This document shows, in pieces, positions 1-9,224 of a stretch of 64,000 nt of DNA (position 1 is its first letter; each line of letters starts with the position of its first letter). The DNA lies in contig JBPCLO010000011.1 in assembly GCA_051003155.1 (NCBI GenBank), forward strand, positions 32,001 to 96,000. The letters run 5' to 3'. The stretch is from Fimbriimonadales bacterium (GTDB taxonomy: Bacteria; Armatimonadota; Fimbriimonadia; Fimbriimonadales; ATM1). The position numbers were made by a program, and so were the translations under genes. The notes under the pieces were generated by a model. That model made no database searches. It saw only the letters and a list, made by a program, of their open reading frames with translations, and was not told where the DNA came from.

Positions 1-945
1 CGGGATCGAAAGCGTGAACGACGGAATTCCGCCGTGGAGGCGCTGCACAGCGCCCGCATCGGTTCCTCCGGCGGGCAGAATTTCGATTTGGTACTTGATC
101 TTGTTCTTCTGGGCGACGGTTCGGAAATGCTCGACGAGCTTCGGATGGCAGATAAGGGAGCTATCCATGATCTTGATCGCGGTTCCCTCGCCGAGGCGTG
201 TCACGTGGTCTTGGTCTGGGATGCCGGGGATGTCGTTCGCGAGGGTGATGTCGACGGCGACCATGATGTCGGGTTTGACCGCCGAGCCGCTCGCCGCAGC
301 GCCGCGAAGGCCGATTTCTTCTTGCACCGTCGCGATCCCGTAAACGTCCACGCTGTGCGATTTTGCCGCCTTGAGCGCTTCGATCATCACGTACACGGCG
401 ACGCGGTCGTCCATGCTCTTGCAAGTGAGAAGGTTGCCCATTTTCTGCAGCGTTCGGTTCATTGTGACCATGTCGCCCAGCTGAACCTTCTTCTTCGCGT
501 CTTTGCCGGAGATCCCGGTGTCGACAAAGAAATTGTCGATTTGTGGAGGCTTGTTCATCTCCTCGGGCGTCAGCATGTGCTTCGGTTTGGTGCTGGGCAT
601 GAGCACGCCGTTGAGGGCGCCTCCAACCGTGTGAACGAATACGCGCTGGCTCGACATTTGCCTGGGATCCCAGCCACCGAGGGGTTGAATCCGAATGAAT
701 CCCTTGTCGTCGATGTGCTTGACGACGAAACCGATCTCGTCCATATGCGCCGCGATCATCAGCTTTCTGGGTTCGCCCGTCTTCAGGGCTTTAGTCGCCT
801 TCTTGACGCAGTGCATATTGCCCATTGAGTCGACCGAAATGTCGCAGATCGCCTTGAGCTCCCTTCGCACGATTTCCCGGATCGCGTCCTCTTGGCCCGA
901 GATGCCGTGAGCCTCGGTCAGTTGCTGCAGAAGCTTGATATTCAT
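1..945 (-). CDS. M42 family metallo-aminopeptidase (TET/FrvX-like), 3' end runs off the window
   Basis: Not in the ORF track (no stop in window). Manual translation from ATG at 945: MNIKLLQQLTEAHGISGQEDAIREIV...DSMGN...KLMIAAHMDEIGFVVKHIDDKGFIRIQPLGGWDPR, the typical M42 N-terminus. Confidence 0.9.
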   Translation of the reverse strand, partial: MNIKLLQQLTEAHGISGQEDAIREIVRRELKAICDISVDSMGNMHCVKKATKALKTGEPRKLMIAAHMDEIGFVVKHIDDKGFIRIQPLGGWDPRQMSSQRVFVHTVGGALNGVLMPSTKPKHMLTPEEMNKPPQIDNFFVDTGISGKDAKKKVQLGDMVTMNRTLQKMGNLLTCKSMDDRVAVYVMIEALKAAKSHSVDVYGIATVQEEIGLRGAAASGSAVKPDIMVAVDITLANDIPGIPDQDHVTRLGEGTAIKIMDSSLICHPKLVEHFRTVAQKNKIKYQIEILPAGGTDAGAVQRLHGGIPSFTLSIP

Positions 946-997
946 TGGCGGCTAGTATGGCTCATGGCCCACACGCCCGAGGCGATATACTCGGCGC

Positions 998-1501
998 ATG
1001 ACCCAACGCCTGTGGGCGCCATGGCGATTGGCGTACATCGAGAAGCCCGGACCGAAGGAGGGCGGGTGCATCTTCGTCGATTTACCTGCTGAGCAGGATG
1101 ATGAGAAGAACCTCATCCTTTTCCGGGGAGCGAAGGCGTTCGTGATTCTGAATGCATACCCGTACACAAATGGGCACCTCATGATCGCAGCGTATCGGCA
1201 CACGAGCAACATGGAGGATCTCGAGGACGAGGAACTTTTGGAAGTTCAGGCGCTCATCCGCGATAGTGTGCGATGGCTCGAAAAGGCGTACCGGCCAGAA
1301 GGGTTCAATATCGGCGCCAACTTGGGAAAAGCCGCGGGGGCGGGAATAGAGGAGCACCTGCATTGGCACGTTGTGCCGAGGTGGGTTGGCGATACCAACT
1401 TCATGACCGTCACCGGCGAGGCGCGGGTGCTTGCGCAGAGTCTGGAGGATAGCTACACCCGGCTGAAAGCGGTCGTGGACCAGGAGGTCGGGATCGGCTG
1501 A
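998..1501 (+). CDS. HIT family hydrolase (Ap4A phosphorylase/hydrolase-like)
   Basis: LWAPWR N-terminus, LNAYPYTNGHLM, histidine triad HLHWHVVPRW-GDTNFM. Confidence 0.92.
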   Translation: MTQRLWAPWRLAYIEKPGPKEGGCIFVDLPAEQDDEKNLILFRGAKAFVILNAYPYTNGHLMIAAYRHTSNMEDLEDEELLEVQALIRDSVRWLEKAYRPEGFNIGANLGKAAGAGIEEHLHWHVVPRWVGDTNFMTVTGEARVLAQSLEDSYTRLKAVVDQEVGIG

Positions 1502-1506
1502 CGCAG

Positions 1507-2097
1507 TTGACGACGCTCGACGACATCGCGAAGCAGGCCGCGGTCTGCACGATGTGCAAGCTCTCCGAGAGGCGAAGAAACGTCGTGTTCGGCGAAGGGA
1601 ACCCGTCGGGCCCGCTCGTGCTGATCGGCGAAGGCCCGGGGGATCAGGAGGATGCGACCGGGCGGCCGTTCGTGGGGCGGTCGGGGCAGCTATTGGATCG
1701 CGCGCTCATGGACAACGGTCTCGACCGGAGCGATGTGTACATCTGCAACACGGTCAAGTGCCGGGCTTGCGATTGGAGGGACGGCAAACCGTACAACCGT
1801 GCCCCCGCCGAGGATGAGATTGCCGCATGCAGCGGGTGGCTGGAGCAACAGCTGCAGATTATTCAGCCGAAGGTGATCCTATGCATCGGCTCGCCGAGCG
1901 CGAACACGATCATCCGGAAGGGTTTTCAGATCACCAAAGAGCGGGGCAAGCTGTTTCCCTGCGGATTCGCCGAGCAGGCGATTGCGACGCTGCATCCGGC
2001 GTACATCTTGCGGCAGCAAGGGGCGAACAGCGACGGGGGTTATTCGCTCCTGGTCGACGACATTGCCCTCGCCTGGGCAACCGCGAACCGGGCGTAG
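1507..2097 (+). CDS. Uracil-DNA glycosylase family 4 (4Fe-4S)
   Basis: CxxC, GEGPGDQED..GRPFVGRSG, NTVKCR, TLHPAYILR motifs. Confidence 0.92.
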   Translation: MTTLDDIAKQAAVCTMCKLSERRRNVVFGEGNPSGPLVLIGEGPGDQEDATGRPFVGRSGQLLDRALMDNGLDRSDVYICNTVKCRACDWRDGKPYNRAPAEDEIAACSGWLEQQLQIIQPKVILCIGSPSANTIIRKGFQITKERGKLFPCGFAEQAIATLHPAYILRQQGANSDGGYSLLVDDIALAWATANRA

Positions 2098-2139
2098 GAG
2101 TGACAGCTTCCCTTTGGGAGGGCGCGAACTTGCTCGCGC

Positions 2140-2504
2140 TCTATGCCGAATCCGCCAGCCTGTTCGAGATGAAGTGGAGTCTCGCGAGTATGTCGACCTC
2201 GCATCGGGCACCACGAACACCACGGTCAGGCGCGGCAACATCGGCACGATCAACGGCAGCCGCCTGCAATACAACCCCGCCGCGATCGACGAGGGCATCT
2301 TCTTCGTGCCGACCGGCGCGGGCGGCGCCACTCAAGTCGCCGGCAACCGCGTCCAGAAGAACAAGCCCGGCCAGCTCGTCTTCCTCGTCCCCGCCGCCGG
2401 CCCCACCTTCCTCCCCGGCACTTATTTCCTCGAAGTCCGCGCACGGCTGAGGAACACGATCCAGCGGAGCCGAGCGCCTCGATGACACGCTGACCGTGGT
2501 CTAA
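2140..2504 (+). pseudogene. Orphan fragment of a DUF4469-like Ig-fold domain
   Basis: YVDLASGTTN..GTINGSRLQY..EGIFFV..NKPGQLVFLVP..GTYFLEVR; no start or N-terminal domain; the LDDTLTVV* ending is in another frame. Confidence 0.55.
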
Positions 2505-2761
2505 GGTCGGCGCAAGGATCGTGCTCCCATCTGTTACATGGAGCATGCGCCCACCTGTTCCACGATGCCTGCGCCCAGCTAGTGGCGATGCATGCAAAGC
2601 AGGGACACGATCCATGCACCCGCCTTGCACGGTTTCGGAGGCGCAGCTTCCGGATGGGCCTTGTGCCACAATTGGCACGTAGGAACGACACGAACCTCGT
2701 TTCCGGCGCTCGGCCAACACGACCGGACGCCGAGAGCCTTCCCCGGTTAAGGAGAACAACA

Positions 2762-4171
2762 ATGAAACATACAGCCACCGCCATCGCCCTATTCCTCGCG
2801 ATTTGCGCCAACGCCCAGTGGACCGTCATAAACCTGCACCCCGAGGGGGGCGATTTTTCGTATGCCAATGGCGTAAGTGATGGCCAGCAGGTCGGCCTTG
2901 CGCATGTGGTAGGCCCGCGTGCGAGCCTTTGGTATGGTACTGCCGAATCGTATGTCGACCTTCATCCCACTGGGGCGCAAGCGTCGATTGCCTATGGCGT
3001 AAGTGGCGGTCAGCAGGTCGGCACCGTGGGGAGTGTCAACTATCGAGCCGCTCTTTGGACGGGGACGGCTGAATCCAGGGTGAACCTGCACCCAGCGGGA
3101 GCAGCAATATCGGAAGCCTTCGGCGTGGCCGGCGGACAGCAAGTTGGATATTCTGATTTCACTGGGGGCAGAGCGAATGCAAGTCTATGGACCGGCACTG
3201 CGCAATCGCATGTGAACCTGCACCCTGCGGGGGCACACAGTTCAGTTGCGCAGGCTATTCACAACGGCCAGCAGGTGGGTTATCATATGATTTTTGGCAA
3301 CGATAACCACTTAGCCAGCCTTTGGAGCGGCACAGCGCAGTCGCATGTGAGCCTGCACCCAGCCGGAGCGACAACCTCAGTTGCGCGCGGTATCCACAAC
3401 GGCCAGCAGGTCGGTGTTGTCGACTACGACCGGGCGAGTCTCTGGACAGGCACAGCGGAATCTTGGGTCGACCTCGGATACGGTCGCGCCCACGGAGTGC
3501 ACGACGGCACGCAGGTTGGGAATTCCTTTGGCACCGATCACGCGTGTCTCTGGTATGGAACTCCGGGTTCACGCGTGGACCTGGGAGCGTTTCTGCCGCC
3601 GGAGTTCTACACCTCCGAGGCAAGGGGCATCTGGCACGATGGTGTGTTCACCTACGTCGTCGGACTTGCGCATGTGGTGGGCCGGGACGAAGCAGTGATG
3701 TGGGTTTCCCGGGCAAGCGCGCCAACCTCCTACAGCATGTTCCGCGGTTCGGTGATCTCGGGCAATCTGGCGTCGCTGCAGAGTAGCGACAACAACAGGC
3801 TCGTCATGAGGCCCGGTGCCGTGTTCTCCAATGCGGAGCCGCCGGTACAGGTCATCCTGAACGCGACCGCGCCGACGTCCTCGCCGAGCGGGTTCAGCTT
3901 CTCGCTGGAGTCGAACGCGAGCATCGCCAACGCCGAGCAGAAGATCTCGCTTTACAACTATGTGACCGGCCAGTACGAGGTCCTCGACACGCGCTTGGCG
4001 ACCACGTCCGACGACACGGTGAACGTGAGCGTCACGACCAACACCTCCCGCTTCATCCAAGCGGGCACGATGGCCATCCGCGCCCGAGTCAGCTACCGTG
4101 CCCTCGGGCCGGTGTTCACCTATCCATGGTTCGGCCGCATCGACAAGGCATGGTGGGCCTTCCCGGGATAG
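2762..4171 (+). CDS. Secreted repeat (HAF-like/beta-propeller-like) protein with conserved C-terminal domain
   Basis: AAGGAG RBS; signal peptide MKHTATAIALFLAICANA; about 6-7 repeats of VNLHPxGAxxSxAxGVxxGQQVG...ASLWxGTAxS; C-terminus similar to that of 30608-32197. Confidence 0.85.
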   Translation: MKHTATAIALFLAICANAQWTVINLHPEGGDFSYANGVSDGQQVGLAHVVGPRASLWYGTAESYVDLHPTGAQASIAYGVSGGQQVGTVGSVNYRAALWTGTAESRVNLHPAGAAISEAFGVAGGQQVGYSDFTGGRANASLWTGTAQSHVNLHPAGAHSSVAQAIHNGQQVGYHMIFGNDNHLASLWSGTAQSHVSLHPAGATTSVARGIHNGQQVGVVDYDRASLWTGTAESWVDLGYGRAHGVHDGTQVGNSFGTDHACLWYGTPGSRVDLGAFLPPEFYTSEARGIWHDGVFTYVVGLAHVVGRDEAVMWVSRASAPTSYSMFRGSVISGNLASLQSSDNNRLVMRPGAVFSNAEPPVQVILNATAPTSSPSGFSFSLESNASIANAEQKISLYNYVTGQYEVLDTRLATTSDDTVNVSVTTNTSRFIQAGTMAIRARVSYRALGPVFTYPWFGRIDKAWWAFPG

Positions 4172-4238
4172 ATCAACTCGGGCGACGGTATTCGCGCCGG
4201 CACCGATGGGGCGTCTCGCGAGTACCCGCGACCTGGGG

Positions 4239-4478
4239 CTAGATTTCCAGATGCCACTTTCTTGTCGGCGTGTGGGGGCGGCGGGTCGGCTTGCCCTCGA
4301 TTTGGTTGCCTTGCCAGACGTCGACGATCATCTCGCGGTGGTCGTTCATCATGCAGATCGAGCGCGGGCCGAACTGCTGGGCGACGTCGATTGCGACTTG
4401 GCGTGAGCCGGGATTGAGCTTGCCGTCTTTGCAGAGGGCCGTGCCTTCATCGAAGCGCGGACAGTCAGAGCAGCGCAC
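4239..4478 (-). CDS. Small hypothetical protein with CxxC...C...C residues
   Basis: MRCSDCPRF..LCKDGKLNP..ICMMNDHRE; follows the DUF1844 gene closely. Confidence 0.6.
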   Translation of the reverse strand: MRCSDCPRFDEGTALCKDGKLNPGSRQVAIDVAQQFGPRSICMMNDHREMIVDVWQGNQIEGKPTRRPHTPTRKWHLEI

Positions 4479-4480
4479 GG

Positions 4481-4765
4481 CTACGCCCCTCCCGATTTGC
4501 GGACGAAGTTGATCCTCAGATCGCTCAGGCGGGATTGGACGCGTCTCCTATCATCGTCGTCGAGGTGCGGGTCGAGCGTCTCCGCCATTCGGCTCGCGGT
4601 GTCGATCGCCACCTTCGCCTCCTCCAGGTTCACGTCCTCTTGGCCGGTCATCGGATCGGGGCGGAGGCCCATTTTCTGCCACGCGACCTCGGCGAACTGG
4701 TCGATCGAAAACGCGATCAGATCGTATACGCTCAGCGGCTTGGCCGCACTTTCTTCCTCGTCCAT
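4481..4765 (-). CDS. DUF1844 domain protein
   Basis: AWQKMGLRPDPMTG...NLEEAKVAID...LSDLRINFV signature. Confidence 0.8.
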   Translation of the reverse strand: MDEEESAAKPLSVYDLIAFSIDQFAEVAWQKMGLRPDPMTGQEDVNLEEAKVAIDTASRMAETLDPHLDDDDRRRVQSRLSDLRINFVRKSGGA

Positions 4766-5622
4766 CAGTTCTCCCGCAGCGATTTTAGTCTATCTACATT
4801 GACGGCGTGCATGGTGTCCGCGTCGGGAGTTTCTATGATCATCGGCGCGTGCGCGAGGCGAGGATCGTTTACGAACCAGCGAAACGGCTCCAGCCCGATC
4901 AGTCCGTCGCCGATGTGCTCGTGGCGATCCAGCCGCGACGCGAACGGCTTCTTCGAATCATTCGCGTGGATCGCGCGAAGGCGGTCGAAGCCGATCAGGC
5001 GGCCGAACTCCTCCATCGTCTTCTCGTAGCCTTCACGCTCGTGGACCGCATAGCCGGCCGCGAAGAGGTGGCAGGTATCCATGCAAATGACGAGCCGCGC
5101 ATCGCCGCCGTGGGCTTCGATGATCATCGCCCAATGCTCGAACTTGTATCCCAGGCAGGAACCCTGGCCGGCGGTTGTTTCCATCGCGATCGATACGTCG
5201 GCCGGCGTCTCTTGGAGTATTCGAGCGACAGAGCCGGCGAGGATGATCATCGCCTCGCGCTCCTCCTGACCCTTTAGGGCGCCCATGTGCGAAACGACGT
5301 ACGGGATGCCCAATTGCCCGCAGCGGTTCATCTCGTTGATAAGCGTAACGATCGAAAGTTCGCGGGTCTTGGGATCGGGTGCGCAGAGGTTTACGAGGTA
5401 CGTGTCGTGGGAGACCACCGCATCGATCCCCGTCTCCTTCATCGCCCGCTTGGTTTCCGCTATCGTAGCGGGGTCTGCCGGCTTGGACGCCCAGTTGCGC
5501 GGGCTGGTCGTGAAGACCTGGATCGTTTCGCACCCGATCTCCTTCCCAGTTCGAATGGCGTTTGGGACACCCCCTCCTCCCGTTGGCATGTGCGCGCCGA
5601 TAAGCCGTGGCATGAAGGGCAT
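4765..5622 (-). CDS. nfo: Endonuclease IV (deoxyribonuclease IV)
   Basis: IGAHM, SHDTYLVNL, ETTAGQG, CMDTCHLFAAG, HANDSK..SRLDRHEHIG, IIETP. Confidence 0.95.
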   Translation of the reverse strand: MPFMPRLIGAHMPTGGGGVPNAIRTGKEIGCETIQVFTTSPRNWASKPADPATIAETKRAMKETGIDAVVSHDTYLVNLCAPDPKTRELSIVTLINEMNRCGQLGIPYVVSHMGALKGQEEREAMIILAGSVARILQETPADVSIAMETTAGQGSCLGYKFEHWAMIIEAHGGDARLVICMDTCHLFAAGYAVHEREGYEKTMEEFGRLIGFDRLRAIHANDSKKPFASRLDRHEHIGDGLIGLEPFRWFVNDPRLAHAPMIIETPDADTMHAVNVDRLKSLREN

Positions 5623-5660
5623 ACGTTACCTGTTGGGTGTCAGGGTTGGCCAAGGTTGGC

Positions 5661-5793
5661 GGACCGCCGTTCCTCCATCCCCACGCGTGTGCGGCGGCTG
5701 CTAGCTACCCGGATGTAACCCAGATCCGGTTAATCCATGTGAGCGGGGCTGATCCAAACCTGTAGCACAACACGCGAGAGCCGGCGGAAGTCC
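5661..5793. ncRNA. Possible structured non-coding RNA (rod-like; family unassigned)
   Basis: Nested pairings GGAC/GTCC, CCGCCG/CGGCGG, CGCGTGT/ACACGCG, GCTAC/GTAGC plus inner hairpin CCGGAT/ATCCGG in the nfo-manB divergent gap. Confidence 0.3.
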
Positions 5794-5893
5794 AGAAAGG
5801 GAAAGCCCGAGCATGATGATCCTCTATATTCGACGGCAGTTAACACCCATGTCAGCGTACTGCCTCTTTCGAAACAGGTAGAACTTGGCTTGG

Positions 5894-7237
5894 ATGAGTG
5901 AAAAGCTGACCTGCTTCAAGGTGTACGACGTTCGGGGGAAAGTGCCGTCGGAACTCAATGCGGATATCGCCTACAGAATCGGGCGTGCGCTGGCGGACGA
6001 GACAGGGGCTAAGACGTGCGCGATCGGGCACGACATCCGGCTGAGCAGCAAGGAGATTTCGGATGCTTTAGCCCGCGGGCTCTCGAACGCCGGCGTGGAC
6101 GTTTTCGACATCGGGCTCTGCGGCACCGAGATGATCTACTTCTCCACCGCGCACTACGGCTACGATGCGGGCGTAATGATCACCGCCAGCCACAACCCAC
6201 CGGAGTACAACGGCATGAAGATCGTGCGCGAGAAGAGCAAGCCCATTAGCGGCGACTCGGGACTGTGGGAGATCGAGCGGCGCACGCGCGAAGGCGTTTT
6301 CGAACGGAGCGGCGGGGGGTCAGTTCGGCAGCAAGATGTTTACGACGACTTTGTAAACCACGTCCTACGAATCGTAACACCAGATACGCTCAAGCCAATA
6401 AAAGTACTTGCGAATCCCGGAAACGGATGCGCCGGCATCGCTGTACAGGCAATGGAAGCGCTGCTCCCGCTGCAGATCACGCCCATGAACTTCGAGCCAG
6501 ACGGGACGTTTCCGCATGGGGTGCCGAATCCCATTCTCGATGAAAGCCGTGCAGATACTGTGACTCGAATGATGCCTGGCGGCTTTGACCTTGGTGTCGC
6601 CTGGGACGGCGACTACGACCGTTGCTTTTTCTTCGACGAGAAGGGTGCTTTCGTCGAAGGCTACTACATCGTCGGGCTGCTTGCGCAAGATGCCCTAACG
6701 GGCCGTCCAGGCGAGGCGATTGTGCACGACCCACGCCTCGTTTGGAACACCCTCGACATCTGCGATAGGCTCGCAGGACGGCCGGTGATGTGCAAAACCG
6801 GGCATGCTTTCATCAAGGAGAAAATGCGCGCGGAGAACGCCATTTACGGCGGCGAGATGAGCGCTCACCATTACTTTCGCGACCACTGGTTCTGCGATAG
6901 CGGGATTCTGCCGTTCCTGATGGTGGCGAGGCTGATAAGCCGAACCGGCAGGTCCCTAAGCGAGCTCGTGGGCGAGATGATGGAACGCTATCCCTGCAGT
7001 GGGGAAATCAACAGCGTAGTCAGCGATCCCGAATCGGGCCTCCTTCGAATTCGCGAGGCCCTCCCTGGAGGGCTCGAGGACCGGACGGACGGTTTGTCTT
7101 TGGAGTTCGAGCAATGGCGATTCAACGTTCGATCAAGCAACACGGAGCCCATCGTGCGATTGAATGTGGAGAGCCGTGGGGATACCGAGCTCGTTCGGGA
7201 AAAGGCCGCCGAAATCGTCGAGCTACTGCGGCATTAG
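5894..7237 (+). CDS. manB: Phosphomannomutase/phosphoglucomutase
   Basis: FKVYDVRG, ITASHNP, WDGDYDR, GGEMSAHHYF, RSSNTEP. Confidence 0.93.
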   Translation: MSEKLTCFKVYDVRGKVPSELNADIAYRIGRALADETGAKTCAIGHDIRLSSKEISDALARGLSNAGVDVFDIGLCGTEMIYFSTAHYGYDAGVMITASHNPPEYNGMKIVREKSKPISGDSGLWEIERRTREGVFERSGGGSVRQQDVYDDFVNHVLRIVTPDTLKPIKVLANPGNGCAGIAVQAMEALLPLQITPMNFEPDGTFPHGVPNPILDESRADTVTRMMPGGFDLGVAWDGDYDRCFFFDEKGAFVEGYYIVGLLAQDALTGRPGEAIVHDPRLVWNTLDICDRLAGRPVMCKTGHAFIKEKMRAENAIYGGEMSAHHYFRDHWFCDSGILPFLMVARLISRTGRSLSELVGEMMERYPCSGEINSVVSDPESGLLRIREALPGGLEDRTDGLSLEFEQWRFNVRSSNTEPIVRLNVESRGDTELVREKAAEIVELLRH

Positions 7238-7443
7238 TAAGGCTTAGCGGGGGTCTTGTAAGGTGAAACGGTGTCCTTGATCTTTACTTGACCCTCAGAT
7301 GGAACGATCTGGTTGTCCTGCGACTCCGGATAGTCTGCGCGCGGCAATGGCTCGGCGGAATTGATCATCCAAACTAGGATAGCAAGCGCCGAAATGATAA
7401 TTACGCCAAGGGCCATCCACGTAGTCGCTCGGCGTGTAGCCAT
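7234..7443 (-). CDS. Small single-pass membrane protein
   Basis: ATG overlaps the stop of the upstream prepilin gene; one hydrophobic helix. Confidence 0.5.
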   Translation of the reverse strand: MATRRATTWMALGVIIISALAILVWMINSAEPLPRADYPESQDNQIVPSEGQVKIKDTVSPYKTPAKPY

Positions 7444-8315
7444 TAGTCTTGGAGATCCCAAAGGTAGTCGGCCGTCGACTGGATCCGGCCACGCCATTGC
7501 GGAGCGAATTCGCACCCTTGAACAAGGAGCGGCAGGCTAACGGAGGCGGCCCGGCCGTCGGCGTACAGAATTGTGAACCGATTTCTATGCCAGGGCCAGG
7601 CACCACCGTAAACGAGCCAGGAAGTCGAACTGGACGGCTGCCAACCAGGGGGGTTAAACCCGAAGTACGAACGAGAGTTCCCGGGTATGCCGAAAGTGTC
7701 ATAGGGTCCGGAGGGCGTGTCTATGTATCGGCATGGTGGAACCACAACCCAGCTTCCTCCCCCATACGGTTGTCCGGTCACGGATCGGTCCCATACCGAA
7801 TCGATAAAAGCGATTGTGAGCGACTCATTGGCAATCTGCGAGCCGCTTACCGGGTAGGCGCTCCAGTTACCTGATTGGTCCTCGATGAGCGGGCTCAGAT
7901 AGAGAAAGTTGTAGCCCAGGTTCGATCGAAGTGAAGCGCTGTAGTAGTTCTTCCAACCGCCGATGCTCACTTTGGACCTCTCGGTTATCCCGAGCCGCCC
8001 AGTGTCGGAAGGGCATTGGAATAGCGCGAAGTCACCGGCATAGGGAAGCAGCGTTTGAACCCAACTGCGGTCTTCCTCCGAGTTGTTCACGTTGGCCTTG
8101 CGGTAGTTGACGGGTGGAACCGTGTCGTCGTAGTCGCCTTGGTAAAGCGCGAGCGCGGCGCCCACCTGGGCAAAATTGTTTAGGCACTGTCGATTGCGCG
8201 CCGCGGCTGTAGCGGTGCGGACCACCGGAAAGAGGATGGCGGCAAGAACGGACAGAATTGCACACACCACGAGCAATTCCACCAACGTGAAGCCAAATTC
8301 TTGCCTTCTATTCAA
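7443..8315 (-). CDS. Prepilin-type N-terminal cleavage/methylation (DUF1559-like) protein with H-X9-DG motif
   Basis: GFTLVELLVVCAILSVLAAILFPV, CLNN..Q...ALALY..DYD, FQCPSD, HRNRFTILYADG. Confidence 0.9.
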   Translation of the reverse strand: MNRRQEFGFTLVELLVVCAILSVLAAILFPVVRTATAAARNRQCLNNFAQVGAALALYQGDYDDTVPPVNYRKANVNNSEEDRSWVQTLLPYAGDFALFQCPSDTGRLGITERSKVSIGGWKNYYSASLRSNLGYNFLYLSPLIEDQSGNWSAYPVSGSQIANESLTIAFIDSVWDRSVTGQPYGGGSWVVVPPCRYIDTPSGPYDTFGIPGNSRSYFGFNPPGWQPSSSTSWLVYGGAWPWHRNRFTILYADGRAASVSLPLLVQGCEFAPQWRGRIQSTADYLWDLQD

Positions 8316-8375
8316 TGCCTATCACCTGCACTAAGTCCGGAGACCTTCGCTCACCGAACGATCACCGGATACTTA

Positions 8376-9200
8376 TTATAACGAGTAAGCGACAAGTTCC
8401 GCTCCCTTTTCGAAGCCTTGCGCGGAATACCACGACGCCAACGAGTCCTCGCACTGCAGAACAAGGCGCAGGTTCCGTTCGGCCGCGAGCCGCAACATCT
8501 GTGAAACCGCTCGCGTTCCGATGCCGGCGGATCGCCTATCCTGCCTAACACACAGATTATAGAGCCCGGCGACGCTTCCTGTGATACTCAAAGCGGCTGC
8601 CGCCACCGTCCCGCTCCCGTCGCCCATGCTGTAAAACTCCTGGCTGTCGGCCGATGCGGCAAGAAGGGCAGTGAGCGAGCGCCTCGTGTCACGGTCGCTC
8701 CTCCAGAAGAAAGTATCCGAAACGAACTTCGCAGTAACCGAAATACGTTCCTTCGACGAGTCTCTTTCTAAAATCGTATCGCCATGCTCGCCGTGGGCGC
8801 CTGCTACCATTCCTGCCAGCTTGTACCGCGGCTTTAGACCAACCCTTTCCAATCGCTTCCCGAGATCCGCGGGCCTGTCACCGTCCATCACATACGCCCG
8901 AAAGTGCGGCTTTGCCTCTGCGTTCGAGACGATACGCTCGAGTTCGTTGGAGGATAGTCGAAAATGCGTCGCAAAGTTGCCAATCGGGTGCGCGAAGCGG
9001 CTCGAGCATGACCACATGGAGTCGGATTGCGTAACTCTGGCACCGGGGGCATTGCGTCCCAGCGAGATGTATGTCTCACCCACGTTTTGCCTCAAGGCTT
9101 CGACGTCGGTCAAGTCTTCAGTGTTCCTGGGTAAGGTACTGCACATCTCGGGAGCATTCTCGCAACATAGTCTTCGCGACAAGTCGAGCCTTTCCTGCAA
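8376..9200 (-). CDS. GNAT family N-acetyltransferase (start uncertain)
   Basis: C-terminal AGLYNLCVRQDRRSAGIG...WYSAQGF GNAT motifs. Confidence 0.75.
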   Translation of the reverse strand: MQERLDLSRRLCCENAPEMCSTLPRNTEDLTDVEALRQNVGETYISLGRNAPGARVTQSDSMWSCSSRFAHPIGNFATHFRLSSNELERIVSNAEAKPHFRAYVMDGDRPADLGKRLERVGLKPRYKLAGMVAGAHGEHGDTILERDSSKERISVTAKFVSDTFFWRSDRDTRRSLTALLAASADSQEFYSMGDGSGTVAAAALSITGSVAGLYNLCVRQDRRSAGIGTRAVSQMLRLAAERNLRLVLQCEDSLASWYSAQGFEKGAELVAYSL

Positions 9201-9224
9201 GGAAATCGGGAAACTTAGCTACAA

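Noticed and set aside
34..828. 264-aa plus-strand ORF
   Set aside because: Antisense shadow of the minus-strand M42 peptidase
2663..2678. Palindrome GTGCCA-CAAT-TGGCAC as a sigma54 promoter
   Set aside because: No TTGC -12 element at the right spacing; single copy
2582..2761. N-terminal extension of the 529-aa ORF
   Set aside because: RBS and signal peptide indicate the start at 2762
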